Source: Proteromonas lacertae | Taxonomy: Eukaryota | NCBI GenBank assembly: GCA_002245135.1 | Contig: NGBS01000613.1 | Location: 1-64,000, forward strand | Reading direction: 5' to 3' | Length of the DNA: 64,000 nt | Part shown: piece after piece, positions 1-11,024 of the stretch | Numbering within the stretch: position 1 is the stretch's first letter | How the letters are laid out: each line of letters starts with the position of its first letter | Notes under the pieces: generated by a model | The model's input: the letters and a program-made list of their open reading frames with translations, nothing else | Database searches by the model: none | What the model was told of the DNA's origin: nothing | Position numbers and translations under genes: made by a program

Positions 1-1680
1 CTTTCATATGTTTCTCTTCTTCTTCACTATCATTATCATTATCTTGGTTTAATTCAGATGAATTTATATTTTCACCTAATTTCAATTCGTTCTCTAATTC
101 ATTTATCTTACTTATACCAAGTTCTTCACTTTTGTAGATTCTATAATTTTCTATATCACTTTCATCTTTCATTCTTTCTTTCCATTCATTTAACTCTCTC
201 TCTAATTCTTCTTTTGCTTTCTTCAATTCGTCATTTTCCATTCTTAATTCATTCAATTCTTTATCTACTTTATCACCTTTTTCTGTTTCTAATTCTTCAT
301 TCTCAACTTTTGAGTTTTCTTTCATTTCATTTAATTTCATTTCTAATTCGTCTTTATCTCTCATCAGTTTATTCAATTCAGCTTTTAATTTATTTATCTC
401 ATCTTCTTTATCATTTGATAATTTTTTATTTTTTTCTTCTGTTTCTACTTCTTTCATATCTTCTTTTAATAACTCATTTTCCATTCTTAATGATTCTAAA
501 CTATCATTCAATATGGATATCTCATTCTCCAACTCTTTCACTCTATTTTCAGTATTTTCACTATCATTTAAACCTTCATTCATACTTTCGTTTAGTTCAT
601 TTCTCATTCTTTCATTATCTTCTTCACTCAGTTTTAATCTTTCTTTCAATTCATTCATCTCATTCTCTAATGCATTTATATTTTCTTCTAATTCATTTTT
701 ACTCTTTGATATTTCTTCTTTTTCTTCATTCAGTTTTTCTAATTCTTCAAATTTATTTATTCTATCTTTCATTTTATTTAACTCTTCTTTCATTTTGTCT
801 AACTCTCTCTCTAATTCTTCTTTTGCTTTCTTCAATTCGTCATTTTCCATTCTTAATTCATTCAATTCTTTATCTACTTTATCACCTTTTTCTGTTTCTA
901 ATTCTTCATTCTCAACTTTTGAGTTTTCTTTCATTTCATTTAGTTTCATTTCTAATTCGTCTTTATCTCTCATCAGTTTATTCAATTCAGCTTTTAATTT
1001 ATTTATCTCATCTTCTTTATCATTTGATAATTTTTTATTTTTTTCTTCTGTTTCTACTTCTTTCATATCTTCTTTTAATAACTCATTTTCCATTCTTAAT
1101 GATTCTAAACTATCATTCAATATGGATATTTCTTTTTCTAGTTCAGATTTTTCATTATCTTCATTACTTTTATCATTCTCTTTATTCAAATTTTTACCAT
1201 TACTTTCTTCATCATTACTTATGTTTTTAATTCTATCTTTTATTTCTTTCAACTCTATATCTATTTCATCTTTACTTTTCTCTAACTTTTCTTTTTCCTT
1301 ATTGGATTTATCTAGAAGATCTTTCAATCCATTTAACTCACTTTCTAGTTCATTTTGACATTCAGTTTGATCTTCTTTCAATCTCTTTATTTCTTTCTCT
1401 AACTCTTCTTTTTCTTTTATTATTTCATTTAACTCATTCTTTAATTCTGTCTTTAATTCATTTTCTTTTGCATCTTTCATATGTTTCTCTTCTTCTTCAC
1501 TATCATTATCATTATCTTGGTTTAATTCAGATGAATTTATATTTTCACCTAATTTCAATTCGTTCTCTAATTCATTTATCTTACTTATACCAAGTTCTTC
1601 ACTTTTGTAGATTCTATAATTTTCTATATCACTTTCATCTTTCATTTTTTCTTTCCATTCATTTGACTCTCTTCCTAATT
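1..1680. repeat. Larger internal duplications in the coiled-coil gene (about 190-525 repeated at +609; about 1-200 repeated at +1473)
   Basis: ctaattcttcttttgctttc occurs at 202 and 811; ctttcatatgtttctcttc at 1 and 1474. Both offsets are multiples of 3. Confidence 0.9.
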
Positions 1681-4600
1681 CTTTTATTGTTATCTTTAAT
1701 TCAGTCATTTCATTCTCTAAGTCATTTTGAGATTTGGATTGATCTTCTTTCATTCTCTTTATTTCATTCTCAAACTCATCTTTACTCTTCTGTAATTCTT
1801 CTTTTTCGGCATTCGATTTATCTAATTGATCTTTCAATACATTCAATTCATTATCTAAATCTTCTTTATTCTTTTTCAAATTGTCTTTCTCTTCGTTAGA
1901 TTGACTCAATTGATCTTTTACATTGTTCAATTCATTCTCTAAGTCATTTTGAGATTTGGATTGATCTTCTTTCATTCTCTTTATTTCATTCTCAAACTCA
2001 TCTTTACTCTTCTGTAATTCTTCTTTTTCAGCATTCGATTTATCTAATTGATCTTTCAATACATTCAATTCATTATCTAAATCTTCTTTATTCTTTTTCA
2101 AATTGTCTTTCTCTTCGTTAGATTGACTCAATTGATCTTTTACATTGTTCAATTCATTCTCTAAGTCATTTTGAGATTTGGATTGATCTTCTTTCATTCT
2201 CTTTATTTCATTCTCAAACTCATCTTTACTCTTCTGTAATTCTTCTTTTTCAGCATTCGATTTATCTAATTGATCTTTCAATACATTCAATTCATTATCT
2301 AAATCTTCTTTATTCTTTTTCAAATTGTCTTTCTCTTCGTTAGATTGACTCAATTGATCTTTTACATTGTTCAATTCATTCTCTAAGTCATTTTGAGATT
2401 TGGATTGATCTTCTTTCATTCTCTTTATTTCATTCTCAAACTCATCTTTACTCTTCTGTAATTCTTCTTTTTCGGCATTCGATTTATCTAATTGATCTTT
2501 CAATACATTCAATTCATTATCTAAATCTTCTTTATTCTTTTTCAAATTGTCTTTCTCTTCGTTAGATTGACTCAATTGATCTTTTACATTGTTCAATTCA
2601 TTCTCTAAGTCATTTTGAGATTTGGATTGATCTTCTTTCATTCTCTTTATTTCATTCTCAAACTCATCTTTACTCTTCTGTAATTCTTCTTTTTCAGCAT
2701 TCGATTTATCTAATTGATCTTTCAATACATTCAATTCATTATCTAAATCTTCTTTATTCTTTTTCAAATTGTCTTTCTCTTCGTTAGATTGACTCAATTG
2801 ATCTTTTACATTGTTCAATTCATTCTCTAAGTCATTTTGAGATTTGGATTGATCTTCTTTCATTCTCTTTATTTCATTCTCAAACTCATCTTTACTCTTC
2901 TGTAATTCTTCTTTTTCAGCATTCGATTTATCTAATTGATCTTTCAATACATTCAATTCATTATCTAAATCTTCTTTATTCTTTTTCAAATTGTCTTTCT
3001 CTTCGTTAGATTGACTCAATTGATCTTTTACATTGTTCAATTCATTCTCTAAGTCATTTTGAGATTTGGATTGATCTTCTTTCATTCTCTTTATTTCATT
3101 CTCAAACTCATCTTTACTCTTCTGTAATTCTTCTTTTTCAGCATTCGATTTATCTAATTGCTCTTTCAATACATTCAATTTTATTTCCAACTCGTCTTTT
3201 TCATTTCTTAAATTCTCTAGTATCATCTTTGATTCTTTTAGTTGTTTTGTCATGTTTTCATTCTTTTCATTTGTCTCATAATTTCTTTCTTTTGTTTCTT
3301 TTACTTCCTTTATCAATTTTCCATTTTCTTCACTCATTACTTTATTCATACTATCTAGTTCACATATTTTATCATATTTTTCATCGCATTCTTTCTCTAA
3401 TTCATTTATTCTTTCTATATTCTCTTGATTAGTTTGATTTAACTTTTCATTCAAATCATTTAATTGATTCTCTAAGTCTGATTTCATTTCATCTTTCTCT
3501 TTCTTTTTTTCTTCCAATTTACTATATAAATCAGATATTTCATAGTCAAGATCATTTATTTTACATTTCAATGTATTTTCTAAATCATTTTTTTCATTAT
3601 TTAATAACATATATTTCTCATTAATACTATTCAACTCATAAGTCAAATTATTGTTATTCTCTTCGTAAGTTACTTTCAAAGCAGTAACCTCTTTTTCATA
3701 TTTTTCACTATTTTTTTCTAATTCATTTTTCAATTTCATGTTTTCATCTCCTATCAAAGAATATTTTTCAGCAATTGTATTTTCATCTAAATTACTATCT
3801 TCTAATTTACTTTTCATTTCGCCATTCTCGTTTCTTAATTCAATTATTTCGTTCTTCTTTAATAACAATTCTTCATTCAAGTCTTTCAATTCTTTTGATA
3901 AATTATTACATTTGTTATTTGAATTTAATAATCTGTCATTCATTTCTTTTAATTCATTTTCTAAATGAGATGATTTATCTTTTAGTTTCAGATTATTTTC
4001 TTCTAATATCTTTTGTTCTTCTTTCATTCTGTTTATTTCATTCTTAGTATTTTCATTTTCTTTCATCATTTTATCCATCTCTTTTTGATCTTTCATATAG
4101 TCTTTTGTTTCACTCGAAAAGTTTGTTGAATAACTATTTGTTACTTCTTCATAACTATCAATCAATTTACTCAAATTATCAATTGTTTCTAAATATTTCG
4201 ATTCTTTTTCTTCGAATTGCTTTTTCTCATCTTTATAGGCATTTTCTAGTTTCAATAATTCACCATAAATATCTTCTACTTTCTTATTATTATCATTATC
4301 ATTATCATCATCATTTCTACTACTGTTATTGTTATTAACATTTTCATTCAAATGTTTCATTCTTTCAATTTCATCTTTTTGAGATTCGATTATGGAGTTT
4401 AATTGGTCAATTCGATAGTTAAAACTCTTTAACAATAATTTGTTTTGATTAGCTGTAGTTGAAGGTGTGCTTGAGGATGTGTTTGTCATTTCAGTCTTTA
4501 GTTCAGTTAATAGTTTATCTTGTTCACTCATCTTTCGTAGTAATTCATTAAGTTCATTTTCTTTATTCTTCAAATTATTCTCTAATTCTTTCTTTCTTTC

Positions 4601-7204
4601 AATCAATTCACCATTATTCTTTCTCATTTCATTCAATTCTTCTTCAAGGTTCTTTATTATATTGTCTGTATCTTTCAAATTCTTTTCTAATTCTATTATT
4701 CCATTTTCTTTCTCCATACTTAAATTCATACTGGTTGATAGTTCTAATTCTAATTCTTTTATCTTGCTTTGTAGTTTCATTATTGATTCTTTGTTATTCT
4801 CATATTCTTCTAGTTGTTTCTTCAATTCTTCATTAGTGTCAACAGATTGGTTTGATACTGGTTTGATTGTATTGAATAATAATGAGAATGGAAGTGGAGA
4901 TGGTAAAGGTGTGAATGATTGAGATAATAAAGAATTTGAAGTATTTTCAGCAGATTTGAAACTATCTTCATTCATTTTCTTTAATTCATTTATCTCTTTT
5001 TCTAATTTTTCATTTCTCTTTTTCATATCTTCTTTCTCTTGATTTATTCTCCTTAATTCATTCTTCATATCATCTAATTCCTTTTTTAATTCACTATCAA
5101 TTTTGGATTTATCATTCTTTAATTCATTTATTTCCTTTTCTAGATCATCCCTAGATTTCTTTATTTCATCTTTCTCTTGGTTTGCTTGATCCAACTGTAT
5201 TTTTACTCTATTCAACTCATCATCTAAATCATTTCCGGATTTAGATTTTTCATCTTTCATTTTCTTCAATTCATTCTCTAATGCTTCACATCTCTTCTTC
5301 ATCTCATCTTTTTCTTTATTACTTTCTAATAATTGATTCTTTAAGTCACTCCATTCACTCTCCAATTCATTTTGAGATTTGGTTTTATCATCTTTTATAC
5401 TCTTCAATTCTCTTTCTAACTCTATATTTCTTCTATTCATTTCTTCATTTTCTTGATTTAATTGAATCAATTGTTCCTTCATTTTATTCACTTCATTTTC
5501 TAAGTTATCCTTTTCTTTCTCACTTTTACTCAATTTATCCTTCAATTCACTGTTTATTCTATAATTAGACTTTATTACATTTTCTCTTTCAGCTATTTTT
5601 GGTTCTAATTGACTCAACTCATCACTTATTCGTTTATTTTCTTCTTTTAATGATTTTATTGTATTTTCCAACACATTAATTGGTTTTTCAACTTCTGATA
5701 ACTTTGATTCTAATTTTTGAATAGAATTATCTTTCATACTCAATTGATTCTGTAATTCCTTACTAATATCTTCATTTTTAGTTAATTTCTCATTCAATTT
5801 CTTGTTTATATCTTCTAAACTTTCAAGTTGATTCTTTAAACTATTCAACTGAGATTTGATTGTTGAATTGATTGTAGAGGTTGATTCTAATTCAGACGAT
5901 TTTTCATTTACACTTTTTTTCAATTCATTTATCTCTTCTTTTAATTCTTTAGTATCTTTCAAATACTTATCATTTTCAGTAACCAAATCATTATTCTTGA
6001 TTTGAATTTCATCAATTAATTTACTCAACATCTCAATACTTTCTTCATACTGTTTCTTTTGTCTTTCATAAAATGATTTTTGTGAATTATAACTAGTTTC
6101 TAATTGTGAAATCTTTTCATAAAGTGATTCTACATCAATTCTATGACTTGTTTCTTTTATTTCATTAGATTTTAATTCACTAATAATTTCTCTATATTTT
6201 ACAATTTCTTCACTTTGTTGTTCAACTTTTAAGTTTAATGATTGAAGTTGGTAATGATATGTTTGTATTAATAATTTGGTTTTATCATCTTTAATTTGTG
6301 GTGTAAAATGCTTTCTTTTTTCTTTTTCATCTTCTTGAATTGATTTAATCTTCAATTCATATTCATTTTCTAACTTTTTCATCTCATTTTGATGATTTTC
6401 GTTCTCTCTTTCGTTTGCTTGTCTTAATACTGATATTTCATTTTCTAGTTCATTTCTAATTCTCTTTTCGTTATTTTCATTCTTCATTTGATATTCTTCT
6501 TCAATTCTCTTCATCTCTTTACGATATTCTTCTTCAGATTTTTGAGACATTTCTTTCAAAGATAAAATCTCATTTTCTAATTCTTTATTCTTCTTTTCTA
6601 ACTCTTTTAATTGCTGTTCTTCTACCACAGTTTCCTCGATCATTGAAATATCAGGATAAGAAGACACAATAACACTTTCTGGAAGTGGTTTGTTAAGATA
6701 TTCATCAATTAAATTTGATAATTCATTGATTGTAACTTCTTGAACTTTAATCTTATTTATATTCTCTTCATGAGATTTAGACAATTCAATTATCTTATTA
6801 TAGAAATAAGTAGTATCAATCTCATCATATACTTCATTCTTCGGAGTGTTATTATTAATTGAGGAAATTCTTTCTTGATATTGTTGTATTTCTTCTGATT
6901 TTTGTTGTAACAATAAATTGAGAGAATTAATTCTGTACTGATATGCTGCAATTAATTTGTGAGTGTCACTGGATGATGATGTTGTTGAATTAACTGTATT
7001 TGAAGCCTCAATTAACAAATCATTATACTTTTTAATAATATCATCAATTTCTCCTTTGTGTTTACTAAGCTCAGCATTTTCACAAATTGATACAACATTA
7101 ACATCATTTTTAGGATATTTCGATCCAGATGTAAAAACCTCTACAAAATTCGACGAAATATAGTCACACAGCTGATAGATATCATCTGTATTCAGAACTA
7201 CCAT
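1..7204 (-). CDS. Giant intronless E/K-rich coiled-coil protein (>2400 aa, runs off the left edge)
   Basis: ATG at 7204 (MVVLNTDDIYQLCDYISSNF...). The same frame is still open at positions 2-60 (...SELNQDNDNDSEEEEKHMK). The ORF track lists no minus-strand ORF here, consistent with no stop in the window. Heptad-rich E/K/N/L composition. Confidence 0.85.
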   Translation of the reverse strand, partial: MVVLNTDDIYQLCDYISSNFVEVFTSGSKYPKNDVNVVSICENAELSKHKGEIDDIIKKYNDLLIEASNTVNSTTSSSSDTHKLIAAYQYRINSLNLLLQQKSEEIQQYQERISSINNNTPKNEVYDEIDTTYFYNKIIELSKSHEENINKIKVQEVTINELSNLIDEYLNKPLPESVIVSSYPDISMIEETVVEEQQLKELEKKNKELENEILSLKEMSQKSEEEYRKEMKRIEEEYQMKNENNEKRIRNELENEISVLRQANERENENHQNEMKKLENEYELKIKSIQEDEKEKRKHFTPQIKDDKTKLLIQTYHYQLQSLNLKVEQQSEEIVKYREIISELKSNEIKETSHRIDVESLYEKISQLETSYNSQKSFYERQKKQYEESIEMLSKLIDEIQIKNNDLVTENDKYLKDTKELKEEINELKKSVNEKSSELESTSTINSTIKSQLNSLKNQLESLEDINKKLNEKLTKNEDISKELQNQLSMKDNSIQKLESKLSEVEKPINVLENTIKSLKEENKRISDELSQLEPKIAERENVIKSNYRINSELKDKLSKSEKEKDNLENEVNKMKEQLIQLNQENEEMNRRNIELERELKSIKDDKTKSQNELESEWSDLKNQLLESNKEKDEMKKRCEALENELKKMKDEKSKSGNDLDDELNRVKIQLDQANQEKDEIKKSRDDLEKEINELKNDKSKIDSELKKELDDMKNELRRINQEKEDMKKRNEKLEKEINELKKMNEDSFKSAENTSNSLLSQSFTPLPSPLPFSLLFNTIKPVSNQSVDTNEELKKQLEEYENNKESIMKLQSKIKELELELSTSMNLSMEKENGIIELEKNLKDTDNIIKNLEEELNEMRKNNGELIERKKELENNLKNKENELNELLRKMSEQDKLLTELKTEMTNTSSSTPSTTANQNKLLLKSFNYRIDQLNSIIESQKDEIERMKHLNENVNNNNSSRNDDDNDNDNNKKVEDIYGELLKLENAYKDEKKQFEEKESKYLETIDNLSKLIDSYEEVTNSYSTNFSSETKDYMKDQKEMDKMMKENENTKNEINRMKEEQKILEENNLKLKDKSSHLENELKEMNDRLLNSNNKCNNLSKELKDLNEELLLKKNEIIELRNENGEMKSKLEDSNLDENTIAEKYSLIGDENMKLKNELEKNSEKYEKEVTALKVTYEENNNNLTYELNSINEKYMLLNNEKNDLENTLKCKINDLDYEISDLYSKLEEKKKEKDEMKSDLENQLNDLNEKLNQTNQENIERINELEKECDEKYDKICELDSMNKVMSEENGKLIKEVKETKERNYETNEKNENMTKQLKESKMILENLRNEKDELEIKLNVLKEQLDKSNAEKEELQKSKDEFENEIKRMKEDQSKSQNDLENELNNVKDQLSQSNEEKDNLKKNKEDLDNELNVLKDQLDKSNAEKEELQKSKDEFENEIKRMKEDQSKSQNDLENELNNVKDQLSQSNEEKDNLKKNKEDLDNELNVLKDQLDKSNAEKEELQKSKDEFENEIKRMKEDQSKSQNDLENELNNVKDQLSQSNEEKDNLKKNKEDLDNELNVLKDQLDKSNAEKEELQKSKDEFENEIKRMKEDQSKSQNDLENELNNVKDQLSQSNEEKDNLKKNKEDLDNELNVLKDQLDKSNAEKEELQKSKDEFENEIKRMKEDQSKSQNDLENELNNVKDQLSQSNEEKDNLKKNKEDLDNELNVLKDQLDKSNAEKEELQKSKDEFENEIKRMKEDQSKSQNDLENELNNVKDQLSQSNEEKDNLKKNKEDLDNELNVLKDQLDKSNAEKEELQKSKDEFENEIKRMKEDQSKSQNDLENEMTELKITIKELGRESNEWKEKMKDESDIENYRIYKSEELGISKINELENELKLGENINSSELNQDNDNDSEEEEKHMKDAKENELKTELKNELNEIIKEKEELEKEIKRLKEDQTECQNELESELNGLKDLLDKSNKEKEKLEKSKDEIDIELKEIKDRIKNISNDEESNGKNLNKENDKSNEDNEKSELEKEISILNDSLESLRMENELLKEDMKEVETEEKNKKLSNDKEDEINKLKAELNKLMRDKDELEMKLNEMKENSKVENEELETEKGDKVDKELNELRMENDELKKAKEELERELDKMKEELNKMKDRINKFEELEKLNEEKEEISKSKNELEENINALENEMNELKERLKLSEEDNERMRNELNESMNEGLNDSENTENRVKELENEISILNDSLESLRMENELLKEDMKEVETEEKNKKLSNDKEDEINKLKAELNKLMRDKDELEMKLNEMKENSKVENEELETEKGDKVDKELNELRMENDELKKAKEELERELNEWKERMKDESDIENYRIYKSEELGISKINELENELKLGENINSSELNQDNDNDSEEEEKHMK
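1710..3180. repeat. Coding tandem repeat, 222-bp (74-aa) unit, about 6.6 near-identical copies
   Basis: aagtcattttgagatttgga recurs at about 1719, 1941, 2163, 2385, 2607, 2829 and 3051. The minus-strand unit is LNVLKDQLDKSNAEKEELQKSKDEFENEIKRMKEDQSKSQNDLENELNNVKDQLSQSNEEKDNLKKNKEDLDNE. Confidence 0.95.
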
Positions 7205-7467
7205 TTTCAAATTTGTAATGGCAAGCTGAAATCAAGCCGAGTCTGAATGAAGATGTTTGATATTAAAAATCTAAATTATCTAAATAGAAATCAAAAACAA
7301 AACTACTTCATGAGTTGTGAATTTGTCACATATATGCATTACTATACTTTCTGTTTCTATTAAAGAGTTTTTTCTTTTATTTTATCAAACCAAAATCGAG
7401 CCAAACATAAATTATTAGTTTGAAGCAAAATAACTTTTGTTCTAATTATTAAATCATCAATTTTTCT

Positions 7468-8129
7468 ATGTCACAACAATATCAATGCAAAGTATAAATA
7501 GAAATTTATATTACTAGGTTGTATTGCTGGGAGATACTTCGGTTGGTAAAACATCTCTAGCTAATCGATATGTATATAATTTACCTCGAGTTGAAAAGGA
7601 TGCTACTGTTGGTGCAGCATTTTTCGTGAAGTATTATGTTTTTCTATATTCTTCTAATTAGAACAAACTATTATCAAAACCAAACAATAAAATTAAACAT
7701 ATGGGATACTGCTGGTCAAGTATAATCTTGTATTAATTTTGATGTAGGAGCAATATAGAAGTATGTTGCCAATGTACTATAGAAATGCTGAAAGTGCAAT
7801 AATTATAATAGATTGTACATCTATAAATGCATTAAATGCAGCAGAATCTTGGGTAAAAGAGTTGAATTTCAAGAAGAAATTTATCTGATCTTATATTAGT
7901 ATTAGCTGTTAATAAGTGTGATAGAAAGACTGAGTATAAAGTGAACAAATCAGACATTGATGCATTTTGTAATAACCACAATATGCATTATTTTGAAGTT
8001 TCTGCTTTGACTGGAGAAGGTTTAAATCCAATGTTTGAATATATTATGAGTGAGTTTTTGAAGAAGGAAAGTACAAATATTGAACCAGAGAAATACTTTT
8101 TAGAAGAAAAGAAAAATAAATGTTGTTAG
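7468..8129 (+). CDS. Rab-family small GTPase (Rab5/21/22-like), 3 introns, one apparent +1 frameshift
   Basis: Spliced product has KVVLLGDTSVGKTS, IWDTAGQEQYRSMLPMYYR, NKCD, EVSALTG and a C-terminal CC. Introns 7492-7517, 7631-7661, 7720-7747. An in-frame TGA at 7886-7888 requires a +1 shift. Confidence 0.9.
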
Positions 8130-8180
8130 AATTTTTCTATTTTTTTCTTTTATCTTATTTAGAGAGAAATATTTAATAAT

Positions 8181-8188
8181 TGTTTGTT
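8181..8188 (+). terminator. TGTTTGTT 3'-end/polyadenylation element (also 21262-21269 and 23446-23453)
   Basis: Exact octamer downstream of the Rab, macro-1 and 21306-23439 stop codons. The motif is known just downstream of poly(A) sites in Blastocystis. Confidence 0.5.
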
Positions 8189-8283
8189 GGATAAATGAAG
8201 TATAATTATCTATATTAATGAAAATAAAGAAAAATAAAAAATGAGATCAGAACAGATCGTGAATAGAAACGTTTTTGATTTAA

Positions 8284-9018
8284 ATGGCTAAAGATAAGAA
8301 GAAGAAGCAAGTAGTTGAAGAACCTCCCCCAGTTGTCGAAGAGCCGCCACCTAAAACTCAAGTATGGAATGGTTTATTTATATTCTAGGAAGAGATAGAA
8401 GATGAATGGTATGAAACTATAAAAGCAGCTCAGAATAATGAAGAAAAAATGAAGTATTAAATACAAATAAATAAATTTTATAGAGTAATTCTTGATTCTT
8501 TGAATATAACAGATTATGATGGAAATGCAAGAACTACAATATATATGGATTTTGTATTTTATATGTTCAAGTATAAGAAATGAATAATATCATTATTAGA
8601 TTTGCTGAAGAACAAAGTTACACAAACAAACAAATAATAGCTTTATACCACATGGTATGTGATGTATTAGATCAACTAAAAACTTCAACTGAGGAAAATC
8701 CAATTACATCAGAAACCAGCTATGAATACTTCAGATCAATTTTAATGCCTTTGACATTATCAAAAGAAAACAACCCTCCCTTATTTACAATCTCACAATC
8801 AGAAAAAATAATAGACTACATGATCCTCAGTTTATATCAACATTTCTTACTATATTATTCAATATTTAATATGGAACAAACCAACCACAATCAAGAAATG
8901 AATATTGTAGTTGAAACTCCATTCTATATTCCACCACTCAGTGAATTTCACGATTCTTCAGATGTATTTCCACAACAACCACAACAGCTATCACGAGATG
9001 GGTCACAATTATCATTAG

Positions 9019-9054
<36 letters not shown>

Positions 9055-9452
9055 CAATGAGTGAACAACAAAGTCAATCATCATTAAGTCAAGGAAATAA
9101 TACAGCTACTGCTACAACTACAGCTACTAATTCAACTGCTAATATGAGTGTCAACCCATCAATGCATGAAGGAATAGGAACAACATCCAATCCTCCAAGT
9201 ACAGTTGAACAAACAGCTACAACTACAACTACTGATACTACAACTACTACAACCACTAATACAACAACTACAGATCCATCTACTTCAACAACAACAACAA
9301 CAACAGATCCTTCAACCTCTACTACTGATTCATCCACTGCTACAGAACAAAATACAACTAGTAGTGCAAGTTTACCTGGTAAAAGTACCAGTACAACCAA
9401 TTTAACAACATCTACAACTGATTTAACTAGTAGTAGTACAGTGAAAGAATAA
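8284..9452 (+). CDS. CLAMP-domain (CFAP119/CCDC189/CABCOCO1-like) flagellar protein with polyQ and Thr-rich tail
   Basis: Three introns give ...RTTIYMDFVFYMFKFAEEQSYT...SYEYFRSILM...PPLFTISQSEKIIDYMILSLYQHFLLYYSIF, matching the recalled CLAMP (flagellar C1a complex) pattern. (CAA)n run at about 9021-9053. Confidence 0.65.
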
Positions 9453-9577
9453 TCAAAAGATATTTTATTAAATATTTATTTGAAATATTGTAGTATTTGT
9501 TAATATTTATAAATAATAACACACACATCTATCGAATAAAAAATAAACAAATAATTTATAAAACAAAAATATATAAC

Positions 9578-10953
9578 TTATAAACATCTATTTATAAACT
9601 TAAACAACGAATTAATATTCTTATTAACCATTTTCATTTGATTATATTGTTTTACAATACTATGTAAATCTTTTACTTTCATTTTATTATACATTCTACT
9701 ATATATCTTATTAAAATGCATATTTAACGAACCTGGTCTATTTGTTACATAATATAATTTCTTATTATTAATTGAACTACTCATCCATTTCAATATTAAT
9801 GACAATTCTTCATTCATTTCTTTATTTTTCATTGCGATAATTGGATAATTATTATGAGAAGTACATAAATAACTATTATATATTTCATTTAATTCTTTTT
9901 CTATTTCCATTTCATTATAAACTACTCTTTCATAATTATCTAACTTAATTTTCTTCACTTGTCTTATATAAAACACATAATTTGTTTGTAAAACACCTTC
10001 AGTTATATCTCCTTCTTTATATGGATTAAATACTTCGTCATTACAACTCAAACCATCTAAAATCACTTTTCCAGTTTCACTACCAGAGGACATTAAGTAG
10101 TCAAATCCTTTCAAGCCATAATTTTTTGTCAAACCACTCAATAACATTAATTCAACAGAGAGTGATGATAAAACAGTTTCTTCTTTCCAACTACCGGAAC
10201 CTAGTCCAATACATGGATCACTATCCAAAATATGATTAAATTTCGGTTTTTCTAATACATCCTTTCCTGTGGTGATTATTAGTTCATTCAATGGTTTATC
10301 ACATTCTTCCCATTGTGGTATTACATTTGAATGCTTTCTGGAATACGAGATAAACTCTTGTGGATTTTCATAATTTCCTTTTGATATACAACTGAAATAA
10401 AAGAGGAGTGAATTGAACCACATGCTTATTCCTTCTTCTTCTGATTTTATTGGATTTTCTCTTAATAAACTAGTATTGAAGTTAATAACTCCATTTACTA
10501 CACTAGGTGTGATTAATGATAGTATTTTATGTGCCAATAGACATTGGACTTGCTCTCTTGATAATATAATTGATTGATTCTATTATATAAAATAATTAAT
10601 TTCAATACTTTTACCAGCATTGGTATTGGAGTTAGAAAAAGTGATGGTAATTTAAGTGCATTTTCGTATATTTTCTAAGAATGTATTATAAACAAATGAT
10701 ATACAGAAACAGTGAAAGAAAGTTGAAATGGAACATTACTATTACCCACAAGTGATAATATGTTGGATGGAACAAGATCTTTCGCTCTATCCATTCCAAT
10801 ATTCTTCACTAAATTGCTAACAGAGTTGATTAAGTTGTTAATGGGTAAATCTTTGTTCAAAAACATTTTATATACTGGCCATTCTTTACTTAAACGCAAA
10901 TTTCCTTCATCATCAACATTAAAAAAGGGGATAGGATAATACATCTCATGCAT
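9578..10953 (-). CDS. Divergent poly(ADP-ribose) glycohydrolase (PARG)-like protein, 2 introns
   Basis: Spliced ...ENALKLPSLFLTPIPML...LSREQVQCLLAH...LLFYF... and DSDPCIGLGSGSWKEETVLSSLSVELM resemble the PARG helical region and the DFAN..GGG...QEE..PEL signature. C-terminal LKWMSSSINNKKLYY resembles the PARG end. Confidence 0.55.
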
Positions 10954-11024
10954 TTTGTAATTATAAATTACAAAAACTTGAGATTGGTTTGTGAATATTG
11001 TGTAACGGTAATAATTCAAAACGG

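Noticed and set aside
1710..3180. Regular repeat resembling a CRISPR array or satellite
   Set aside because: No unique spacers; the unit is an in-frame 74-codon coding repeat in eukaryotic DNA.
58..7163. Many + strand Leu/Phe/Ser/His-rich ORFs (58-1230, 513-1358, 4467-4922 and others)
   Set aside because: They are antisense shadows of the E/K-rich minus-strand coiled-coil gene.
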